A DNA stretch of 64,000 nucleotides. It comes from Planctomycetaceae bacterium (GTDB taxonomy: Bacteria; Planctomycetota; Planctomycetia; Planctomycetales; Planctomycetaceae). The notes below the pieces were generated by a model. It was not told the origin of the DNA. It did not search any database and saw only the letters and a list, made by a program, of their open reading frames with translations. A program made the translations under genes and the position numbers. The DNA lies in contig JANSXP010000013.1 of assembly GCA_024742875.1 (NCBI GenBank), positions 9,218 through 73,217 on the forward strand, read 5' to 3'. Within the stretch, counting starts at the first letter, position 1. Each line of letters opens with the position of its first letter. Below, piece by piece: positions 43,036 through 50,835 of this stretch.

Positions 43036-43689
43036 TTAACCGAAGAAACACGCCTGACGGAACGTTGTGGCAAAACACGACTCCGCCAGACGCAGCACGG
43101 CGGGATTCAGCGTGTCGATCGAACCATCGTGCAGTGGGGGAAAGATCATTTTTCCATAGCCAAACTCGATCAGGAAAGCGGCCGCCCCGGTTTGCGGCAG
43201 CTGAATGGGCCCCGCCTGGGGATGCACAGACCAGCCGTCGTGGTCTCCCGCCGCCATTTCATCGCCAAACTTCGGCCGCGGCTCGTCATGTTCCGGAAAG
43301 CCCATCAGGTCGGCAGGATCGCTGATCATCGAGGTGTACACGGGCGTGCTGCGGACCGTGCATGCGACCGTCAGATCGTACGGATCATGGAACGGTCCAT
43401 CCATCCCCTGCAACTGGTGACACGGCTGAGCGGGCACACCATGGCTGGACACCGCCACACGATATTCGTCCATCCCTTCCAGCGCAACACCCAGTTCGCC
43501 CAGCGGAGTCTCAGAGCTGCCAGAAATCAATCGGTAGGATGGCCCGCGGTGTTGATGTGACTTACCCATCGCCGTGATCGTTCTGATTTTGGGCTCGCAG
43601 CGTTCAATCCGACTGGCACGGCAGGTGACTTCAGAACACAGATGGTCCCCGTCAATCAGCGACTGCAGAAACTGCGGCACCATATTCAC
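43036..43689 (-). CDS. Hypothetical protein (unplaced family)
   Basis: 217-aa ORF, starting at GTG 43687-43689 or ATG 43681-43683. Lies 15 nt upstream of the next gene. No recognisable domain. Confidence 0.5.
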   Translation of the reverse strand: MNMVPQFLQSLIDGDHLCSEVTCRASRIERCEPKIRTITAMGKSHQHRGPSYRLISGSSETPLGELGVALEGMDEYRVAVSSHGVPAQPCHQLQGMDGPFHDPYDLTVACTVRSTPVYTSMISDPADLMGFPEHDEPRPKFGDEMAAGDHDGWSVHPQAGPIQLPQTGAAAFLIEFGYGKMIFPPLHDGSIDTLNPAVLRLAESCFATTFRQACFFG

Positions 43690-43733
43690 GGCCGGACGGC
43701 TGAGCGACCAGATAATGAGTGTAGTTCACGCGC

Positions 43734-44252
43734 TCAGGAACCTTGCTGAGATGCCTTCGACAGCTGCCCTCGGATCAGATTGCAGAGCTCATCAAAGGAC
43801 TGCAGATCATTGGTCAGACACAGAAATCCTTTGGTTGTATGCAGCCGCAGCTGGGTGCCGCGTCCTCGCAGCACCTTCATGGACAGCAGGTCGTCTGCTG
43901 ACAGCTCCACACGTTCCACTCGCCTGCCGGGTGACAGCATACTGCTCGTCAGGCGGAAACCAAATATGGCGAGGGTCCGATTTTCTGCGTCCCACGTCAC
44001 TTTGCGGTCGTCTGTCCGCCGCCAGGTTTTCACGGCCAGGCACTGCAACGCCGCACCAGCCGCAGCCAGCAACAGCAATCCCCCCAGACGGCCGCCATCC
44101 AGCGGCCGTCCATGCTGCAGCACGGGCGTGAGCATCAACACGGCAAACAGCAGCACAGACACCCAGATCGCGGCCGACTGCACAATCAGCAGTGGCGTGA
44201 GCCGCTGACCGTAATAGCGAGAGCGAAATTCCACAGCAGCATCCTTTTGCAA
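43734..44252 (-). CDS. Hypothetical membrane protein (two TM helices plus soluble C-terminal domain)
   Basis: 172-aa ORF. TM helices LLIVQSAAIWVSVLLFAVLML and LGGLLLLAAAGAALQCLAV, followed by a beta-rich tail of about 90 aa. Confidence 0.5.
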   Translation of the reverse strand: MQKDAAVEFRSRYYGQRLTPLLIVQSAAIWVSVLLFAVLMLTPVLQHGRPLDGGRLGGLLLLAAAGAALQCLAVKTWRRTDDRKVTWDAENRTLAIFGFRLTSSMLSPGRRVERVELSADDLLSMKVLRGRGTQLRLHTTKGFLCLTNDLQSFDELCNLIRGQLSKASQQGS

Positions 44253-44291
44253 GTGACCGTGCCCGGTTGGCTGGCCGGATTGGCGAACATG

Positions 44292-44861
44292 TCAGCCGGC
44301 CGCATCAGCGCGGGGCGGGTCATCGGCCGGACCATTCCATTCGATGCGAATCCACTGGATCGGCAACGGCAGCCACGCGTAAGCGGCCACCAGATGGGCA
44401 ACGACGCCAATCGGCACCGAGATCACGAAAAAGGGAATCCGCAGCTGATAAAAGCCGTAGCACCAGATCACCCACAGGGCGGCACCGGGAATCGCGGCCC
44501 ACTTCAACCGCCGCAAAAATCTGTACAGCGCCTGTTGCCAGTCTCGAGCCGTTTCCGCTCGCCCCAGCAGGCGGTGCAGCTGCCAGGTGGCGAACTCCAG
44601 CACGGGCACGCCAGCGCGCCATGCCAGCACGAAGGTGCCCACCAGCAGTGCCGCCTGAACGACGGCCAGCTCCGGATACCAGCCCCCTCCCAGCCACATA
44701 TAGCAAATGAAGTTGTAAACGGCGGGCCCCAGCAGCACGGCCACCGTGAGCCTGACACAGTCAATCGCCGCCTGCCGTGACATCGTGGTCAGCACGGGCG
44801 GCCCCGGCTGTGGCGGCTCAAACGGATTTTCATGCATGCGGATGGCCTGGTGAATTTGCAT
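44292..44861 (-). CDS. Hypothetical polytopic membrane protein
   Basis: ORF 44292..44993 trimmed to an internal Met (MQIHQAIRMHENPF), because the upstream part overlaps the preceding gene and is Arg/Gly/Ala-rich. Three to four hydrophobic helices. The start is uncertain. Confidence 0.4.
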   Translation of the reverse strand: MQIHQAIRMHENPFEPPQPGPPVLTTMSRQAAIDCVRLTVAVLLGPAVYNFICYMWLGGGWYPELAVVQAALLVGTFVLAWRAGVPVLEFATWQLHRLLGRAETARDWQQALYRFLRRLKWAAIPGAALWVIWCYGFYQLRIPFFVISVPIGVVAHLVAAYAWLPLPIQWIRIEWNGPADDPPRADAAG

Positions 44862-44976
44862 CGGACAGCGCGATTGCCGGCCCCATGCTAACACATGCGG
44901 CGCGGGGGCCTGATACAAATTCCACGCAGCAAAAGATGGCCGCCCGGCTGTTCGACCGCACTGCGGCCCGGCCGCA

Positions 44977-46899
44977 CTACTGTCCGGCCGCACCTTCGCC
45001 TGCGCGGCTGATGTAGGCGAGGATTTCGAGGATCTCTTCCCGCGTAAATTTGTCCAGCAGCGCTTTTGGCATCATCGAGGTACTGGAGGGAATGATTTCC
45101 TCGATGTTGTCCTTCATGATCACCTTCGGCTCTTTGGCTTCCGGATTTTCCAGCAGCGAAATCGATTTCTTGTCTTCGGCTGTGACAATGCCCGAGGTGG
45201 GTTTGCCGTCCAGATCAATCACCATCTTCACCGCGTATTTGGGCTCGATGCGATAGCTGGGCTCCAGAATCTCCCGCAGGATACCATAGTGATCGCCCTT
45301 CCAGCGTTTGGCCACATCCGTCAGTTCCGGACCGACCGCACCGCCCTGACCATTCATCTTATGACAACCCAGACAGGTGGCTTCTTTGAACAGTCGCTCA
45401 CCCAGCGACGTGGGTGCGGAAATTGAGGTCTTGATGGTCTGTTTGTCAAAATCGTCGAGCTTCCAGTTCTGCACCAGCTTGCGGGTATTGCCCAGCGGAT
45501 CTTTGGGCTCCACCGGATTGCGCTGCCACTCATCCAGATCGGGCACCACCACCATCACGCCATACATCCTCATCCAGTGTCGTGGGAACGTGCACACATA
45601 CGGATACTCGCCGGGCTCGGTGGGCGCCGTAAATGTCAGCAGCTCCCGACTGCCGGCATTGACCATCGTGGTGGCAAACAGCACGTCGGAAGAGTTGGGC
45701 ACGTACAGTTTGCCGTCCAGCCCGGGTGTGGTGCCCAAAGCGGCGCCCTCCAAAGCCACATTCTTCAGCGTTCCTGTTTTGGTAATCACCAGGTTGTGCG
45801 GCATCAGGTCTTCATTCTCCAGTACCACCTGCACGGGACGCCCGGCTTCCACAGCAAAGTACGTTTTGTCGTACCGCATTTCTTCTTCCACCGTGTGCAG
45901 TCGCACCACCCGCACGACAACCTCCTGCAGACGTTTGCGAAAGGCTCGCGCGTCGTCTGCCGGCAGCCGGGCCAGCAACTCATCGGCCAGCTGCATGGCA
46001 TCCAGAAATTCGTTGGTGGTCCGCTTTGCGGCCGGAGTGGCTTCTGCAATTTTGACGAGCACGTTCGTCAGCGACTTTGCCGCCGCAACGGGTCGCTGAG
46101 CGGCCGGGATTTTGAGCAAACTGCGAACGGCGGGCGTCCGCAGCGCCTCCTGGGAGACCAGATCGGCCAAACGCTCAAACGTGTTTTCCCGGGCGACGCC
46201 AAAGGTGGCCATGGTGCGAATCGCGGCTGCCCGCACGGCAACATCCTGATCATCCGCCAGACAGGACACCACGTTGTCTCGCAGAGAATCCCGGAGGTCC
46301 CCTGCCGGCACCAGCGACACAGCCGCCAGATAAGAGACCCGTGCGTCAGCAGACACCTGCGCCTGCTGCCAGGCCTCGGCGGCTTCTCCCGCGACAATCA
46401 TGCCGGCAAATCCGGTGGACTGCAGCACACCGCTGGCCGACATAGCCTGCTTGAGTTCTTCCAGACGGCCGGTCAGCACGTCTTTCGGCTGACTGAGCAA
46501 AATGGCGGACAGCTGACGTCCGACACGCTGCTCCTCTTTGTCCTCGCCATCCAGCGACTCCAGGGCGACGAGCAGCTCGGTTGCCACATCCGTTTTGTTG
46601 ATGGCGACCAGTCCGGCCAGCGCCTCATCGCGATTCTGACGCGACAGGCCCGACCGCAGCAGGATAGCTTTGAAGACCGGCAGATACTTGACGTCGTCCG
46701 TCTTTGTTTCCACCAGCAGCAGTCGCGCGTTGTCCAGTCGCTTCAGCTGGTACTCCACAATGCGGGCGCTCTTGTCCAGATAGACTTTGGGGCGTTCCAC
46801 TTCACCATGATCGTGGCTTTGCGCCATGGCGAGGCGCGGGGTGGCCACAGCGACAAACAACAGACTCAGCAACAGACGGCGGAAAAACAAACACTTCAT
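44977..46899 (-). CDS. HEAT-repeat / azurin-like cupredoxin / cytochrome c protein (split paralogue, C-terminal module)
   Basis: 640-aa ORF with ATG at 46897-46899 and signal MKCLFFRRLLLSLLFVAVATPRLAMA. HEAT-like repeats, a cupredoxin (HNLVI ... YVCTFPRHWMRM) and haem site CLGCH. The C-terminus aligns by eye with the C-terminus of the 14738..19651 protein. Confidence 0.88.
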   Translation of the reverse strand: MKCLFFRRLLLSLLFVAVATPRLAMAQSHDHGEVERPKVYLDKSARIVEYQLKRLDNARLLLVETKTDDVKYLPVFKAILLRSGLSRQNRDEALAGLVAINKTDVATELLVALESLDGEDKEEQRVGRQLSAILLSQPKDVLTGRLEELKQAMSASGVLQSTGFAGMIVAGEAAEAWQQAQVSADARVSYLAAVSLVPAGDLRDSLRDNVVSCLADDQDVAVRAAAIRTMATFGVARENTFERLADLVSQEALRTPAVRSLLKIPAAQRPVAAAKSLTNVLVKIAEATPAAKRTTNEFLDAMQLADELLARLPADDARAFRKRLQEVVVRVVRLHTVEEEMRYDKTYFAVEAGRPVQVVLENEDLMPHNLVITKTGTLKNVALEGAALGTTPGLDGKLYVPNSSDVLFATTMVNAGSRELLTFTAPTEPGEYPYVCTFPRHWMRMYGVMVVVPDLDEWQRNPVEPKDPLGNTRKLVQNWKLDDFDKQTIKTSISAPTSLGERLFKEATCLGCHKMNGQGGAVGPELTDVAKRWKGDHYGILREILEPSYRIEPKYAVKMVIDLDGKPTSGIVTAEDKKSISLLENPEAKEPKVIMKDNIEEIIPSSTSMMPKALLDKFTREEILEILAYISRAGEGAAGQ

Positions 46900-46929
46900 A
46901 ACAGATCACACAGTCAATCGGACACACGA

Positions 46930-46961
46930 GAAGCCCGGCGTCTGGGCAGACACCGGGCTTC
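46930..46961 (-). terminator. GC-rich intercistronic hairpin between the two split-paralogue genes (terminator, attenuator or processing site candidate)
   Basis: GAAGCCCGG-C-GTCT-GGGC-AGAC-A-CCGGGCTTC has a 9-bp outer stem and a 4-bp inner stem. It lies in the 112-nt gap between the stop at 47012 and the start at 46899. No clear U-tract follows. Confidence 0.3.
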
Positions 46962-47011
46962 GAAATTCGTTCAGACACAACCACAGACGGTCGGTCACAG
47001 ATCCCGTTGGT

Positions 47012-49702
47012 TTACAGATTTTCCAGATGACGCATGGTTTCATCCAGCGTGTACTGCAGATAGCGATCGACATCACCTTCCAGCACATCCAGCGCCACCT
47101 CGATGGCGTCTTCGCCAAAGAAGCTGCAGGCTCGCACGGCTTCCAGACGCACTCGCGGATGATCATCACCAATGCGTTCGCCAATCAGCTCCAGAGCATT
47201 GGGCAGCTTGTGACGCATGTCGCACGCAATTCGCGTGGCGGCGCCACGGCAGTGATAATCCTTCGCATTGAGGGCCGCATTCAGCAGATCAGTGTCCACC
47301 ACATTGTGAGACTGCAGCACCCAGCAGGCTTCCAGGATGTTGTGCTCGTACAACTCGTCGGATTTATCAAGGCCGGCCGTCCATTTGCCCACGGCCGCCA
47401 CCACATCTTCCGTGGCACGTTCAGCCAGTTCACGACGGGCTCGATAACGCGTGCGGTCTTCGTACTCTGTCAGGGCATCCAGCACAGACGGAATCGGCTC
47501 ACCAGCCACAGCAGGCGCCTTGACCAGCGGACGGTCCTTACAAATGACACGCCAGATACGACCATGCTGATGGTCGCGGTTGGGTTCTCGCAGGTTGTGC
47601 TGCAGGTGACCGATCAGCGCCTGGTGCCAGTCGCAGATATACAGCGTGCCATCGGGAGCAAACTGAATATCGATCGGTCGGAAGTTGCCGTCCTCGCAGA
47701 ACACCAGGGCCGGCTTCTCTTTGCCCTCAAAACCGCTGCCCGCTTCTTTCATGCTGTGCTGCAGAATCGATCGATCGCCGATCACGTTGCACAGCAGGAA
47801 ATCGCCCTGATCTTCGGGCTTGAAGTGCCGACTGCTGATGATCTCGTTGCCGGCTGACGGACGCGTGCGTTTGACAATAAACTGCGGATAGACGTTGCGA
47901 CCTCGCAGCGCCGTGTCCTTGAAGTTGTTCACGCTGTCGTTGAACGATCCGCCGGCGTGCTTGGCCGGATACTCCACTTTGCCGCTGATCGGCGTGGCCC
48001 AGTAGTTGAAGCCAGGCGACGCGTCGGAAATGAAGTCCTGACCCCACTTGTCGTAAACGTGACCCCATGGGTTGGCAAACGGCAGTGACACGTGTGTGCC
48101 AAAGTGTTCGGTACGCGGGTTGTACCGCCACACGCCCGCTTCATGCATGCGGGTCAGACCATAAGGACTTTCGACCTGCGAATACTTAAACGTGCCTTCA
48201 TTGAAATACAGTGATCCGCCAGGGCCCCACTCGAAGGCTGAGATGCCGTGGTGAGAGTCGGCACTGTCAAAGCCAACCAGTTTGCGAATGCGGACATCGG
48301 CCACGTCGTCGCCGTCCGTATCTTTCAGGAACAGGATATCGGGCTGCTGAGCCACATAGGCGCCCCCGTTGCCGATTTCAAAACCGGTCGGCTGATGCAG
48401 GCCTTCGGCAAAAACGGTGCACTTATCTGCTGTGCCGTTGCCGTCTTCGTCTTCCAGAATGATGACTTTGTCATTCAGCTCGCCCTTGGGCTGCCAGTGC
48501 GGATACGACTGCATGGTCGAAACCCACAGTCGGCCTTTGTTGTCAAAGTTCAGCGACACCGGGTTGGCCAGTTCGGGAAACTGCTCTTCGGAGGCCACCA
48601 GCTGAATCTCGTAGCCGGGCGCCAGCTTAAACAGCTTCTGCTGCTCGGCCGCCGGCAGGTAATCCAGTGATCCCAGCTTGCCGCGCTTGCGGTTGGGGTC
48701 ATCGTCCCCGCCCACATTCGTCACGACTTCCAGAAACGGCAGCGTGTTGCTGTCATCACATTTGTCAGCCACGGTTTCACCGGCCGCCAGAGCCCACACG
48801 CGCTTGTCACGGTTGGCTGTCATCTGATCGAGAATGGTGCGTTCCCGCTCCATTACGTCGCGGTTGTTGTACTTGCCGTCGCCCGTCTTGCCAGCCAGAC
48901 CACGCTTGCCATAAATCGAGTAGCCGTTGACCGCACGATAGCGGTGCCACCAGTGGAAATTCTTGTCGGCCAGTTCGGCCATCAGAGATTCGGAGGGCTC
49001 CCCGGCTGCCGGCGTGCCGCCCAGCGCTTCCATCAGAATGGGAGCCAGCGCCTTGTAACCGTCATCATTGAGATGAGAACCATTGAGCGTCAGCTGTTTG
49101 TCCGTGCTTTCGAACAGCGCCTTCGTGGGCGTGTAGATGTCGGCAAACGCAACGCCCGTGTCTGCGGCCACCTGCTTCAGTGCGGCCGTGTATTTGGCCA
49201 GGTCCTGATTCTGCTGTGTTCCGTCGGTCACATTGGGATCACCAATGTCCTCAAACGCGATGGGAGAAATCAGAGCGATGCGTGGCGCCGATTTGCCGTT
49301 GTACTTTTTGCCCTGCGTTTCCTTCACCAGTCGCGCCATGTCTTTGGCGAACTGGCTGACACCGTCGTCACCGTCGAACGACTCATTGAAGCCAAAGAAG
49401 AACAGAATCACGTCCGCTTTGCTGTGGGTCAGGTGGCTGTCGGGATCACCAAAGTCCAGCGAGCGAATGCGCTCGTACGGCTCATCGCCAGGGAAACACA
49501 GATTGCGAATCGTCAGCTGCAGTTCCGGATAGGTTTGGTGCAGCAGCGCTTCACAGTGATTGTGATGCTGCATCCGCTCACCCAGTTCGTTGCCCACCAG
49601 ACACACGCGGTCGCCCGGCTGCAGTTCAAGGTCCGCAACAGAAGAAGAAGGAACAGACACGACGGTGAGCACCGTCAGCAGCGCAGCGGTCAATAGCCTC
49701 AT
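47012..49702 (-). CDS. SGNH/GDSL hydrolase / membrane-bound-dehydrogenase-like / HEAT protein (split paralogue, N-terminal module)
   Basis: ORF 47012..49747 (GTG) trimmed to ATG at 49700-49702, preceded by GAGGA, giving the signal MRLLTAALLTVLTVVSV. The GDSL-like region (CLVGNELGERM, FFGFNES), the propeller-like region and the C-terminal HEAT region all align by eye with the N-terminal about 900 aa of the 14738..19651 protein. Confidence 0.9.
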   Translation of the reverse strand: MRLLTAALLTVLTVVSVPSSSVADLELQPGDRVCLVGNELGERMQHHNHCEALLHQTYPELQLTIRNLCFPGDEPYERIRSLDFGDPDSHLTHSKADVILFFFGFNESFDGDDGVSQFAKDMARLVKETQGKKYNGKSAPRIALISPIAFEDIGDPNVTDGTQQNQDLAKYTAALKQVAADTGVAFADIYTPTKALFESTDKQLTLNGSHLNDDGYKALAPILMEALGGTPAAGEPSESLMAELADKNFHWWHRYRAVNGYSIYGKRGLAGKTGDGKYNNRDVMERERTILDQMTANRDKRVWALAAGETVADKCDDSNTLPFLEVVTNVGGDDDPNRKRGKLGSLDYLPAAEQQKLFKLAPGYEIQLVASEEQFPELANPVSLNFDNKGRLWVSTMQSYPHWQPKGELNDKVIILEDEDGNGTADKCTVFAEGLHQPTGFEIGNGGAYVAQQPDILFLKDTDGDDVADVRIRKLVGFDSADSHHGISAFEWGPGGSLYFNEGTFKYSQVESPYGLTRMHEAGVWRYNPRTEHFGTHVSLPFANPWGHVYDKWGQDFISDASPGFNYWATPISGKVEYPAKHAGGSFNDSVNNFKDTALRGRNVYPQFIVKRTRPSAGNEIISSRHFKPEDQGDFLLCNVIGDRSILQHSMKEAGSGFEGKEKPALVFCEDGNFRPIDIQFAPDGTLYICDWHQALIGHLQHNLREPNRDHQHGRIWRVICKDRPLVKAPAVAGEPIPSVLDALTEYEDRTRYRARRELAERATEDVVAAVGKWTAGLDKSDELYEHNILEACWVLQSHNVVDTDLLNAALNAKDYHCRGAATRIACDMRHKLPNALELIGERIGDDHPRVRLEAVRACSFFGEDAIEVALDVLEGDVDRYLQYTLDETMRHLENL

Positions 49703-49905
49703 TGGGATCCTCAAAATGAATTCTGGATTGGTCGCCGAAGTCAGCACTCGGCAACATCAGCCACAGCGAAACTCAGCATCCTTCAGGCATTCAGAACCGA
49801 CAGGCGGGGGGTTCTGCGTCCTGAGTCAGGTGGGAACGCTAAATCATGTCAATTGCCGGTGCGAGTGTCTTGTGGAAATCTGTCGGTTTTTAGTAATTAT
49901 CAGAC

Positions 49906-50727
49906 ATGGCCCAAATCGATCAGCAAATCGCACCGCAAACGTCCGTGTCTTCTGCGCGCCAGCTTCAGGCCGATTTTTTCAGCCAGATCGGCGCCGTGAC
50001 GCAGTTTCAACAACTGTTTGAGAACCTGCCCGATGTTTACTTTTTTGCCAAAGACGCACACAGCCGATTGATGGCGGCCAGCCGCCCCATTCTGCAGCGA
50101 TTCCAGCTCGACAGCGAAGAGGAGCTGATCGGCACCACCGACCACGATCATTTCCCCACTCACATTGCCGATAACTTCGTCCGCGACGATCTGCATGTGC
50201 TCCGCACCGGACAACCGCTGATCAATCGGGTGGAAATCTGGTACACCGAACACCGCCTGCTGGACTGGTACGTGACCGACAAACTTCCGCTGCGCAGCCT
50301 GACGGGAGAAATCGTGGGCGTGATGGGCACGGTCCGCAGTTACGAAGGTGGCCGCCGGCACGTGCTGCCGTACACCCAGATCAGTGAGGCCGTGGAGTAC
50401 ATCCGCAAGAGGCATCGTGGCAAGATCACGGTCGCCGAGGTGGCCGCCCTGGCCGGTGTATCTCCCCGCCAGCTGCATCGTCGCTTTCAGGAAGTCTTCG
50501 GCATGAGCGCTTTGGACTTTCTCACCAAGACGCGGATGCAGGCCGCCAGCGAAGAACTTCTCAAGACCGATCGCCCCATCGTGGACATTGCCATCGACTT
50601 CGGATTCTGCGACCAGAGTGCCTTCACCCGACAGTTCAAAAACCACGTCGGCCAGACGCCGCTGAAGTTTCGCCGCCAGTACAGCGACCGCGATCGCGTG
50701 ACCGCCGCGGGCGATGGGATGCAGTAA
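49906..50727 (+). CDS. AraC/XylS family transcriptional regulator with PAS-like sensor domain
   Basis: 273-aa ORF with ATG at 49906. C-terminal double HTH (ITVAEVAALAGVSPRQLHRRF and IAIDFGFCDQSAFTRQFK). Divergent from the 47012..49702 operon. Confidence 0.9.
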   Translation: MAQIDQQIAPQTSVSSARQLQADFFSQIGAVTQFQQLFENLPDVYFFAKDAHSRLMAASRPILQRFQLDSEEELIGTTDHDHFPTHIADNFVRDDLHVLRTGQPLINRVEIWYTEHRLLDWYVTDKLPLRSLTGEIVGVMGTVRSYEGGRRHVLPYTQISEAVEYIRKRHRGKITVAEVAALAGVSPRQLHRRFQEVFGMSALDFLTKTRMQAASEELLKTDRPIVDIAIDFGFCDQSAFTRQFKNHVGQTPLKFRRQYSDRDRVTAAGDGMQ

Positions 50728-50732
50728 CACGT

Positions 50733-50754
50733 CGAGCCCGTGTGCGTGGGCTCG
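50733..50754. terminator. Hairpin between convergent genes (candidate bidirectional terminator)
   Basis: CGAGCCC-GTGTGCGT-GGGCTCG (7-bp stem) begins 6 nt after the AraC TAA at 50725-50727 and is followed by CCTTTC. It lies between the convergent gene ends at 50727 and 50836. Confidence 0.3.
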
Positions 50755-50835
50755 CCTTTCGTGACGCAGTGCCACCGGAAGACAACACCTGGATCGACAG
50801 GTCACTCGTGGGTCAACAGGACGTCGGCCGACGAT

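Noticed and set aside
45577-47271. 564-aa plus-strand ORF spanning the split-paralogue junction
   Set aside because: It is antisense to two well-supported minus-strand genes and also crosses their intergenic hairpin. Its composition is Arg/Gln/His/Gly-rich with no domain signature.
35322-49702. Possibility that the long co-directional minus-strand block is a horizontally acquired island
   Set aside because: I saw no integrase, transposase, flanking tRNA or direct repeats, and no visible GC shift. The genes include typical planctomycete families. Formal composition analysis would be needed to revisit this.
49900-50805. 301-aa minus-strand ORF almost co-extensive with the AraC gene
   Set aside because: The plus frame contains a clear AraC double HTH, and the minus frame has no motif. 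Only one of the two can be real.
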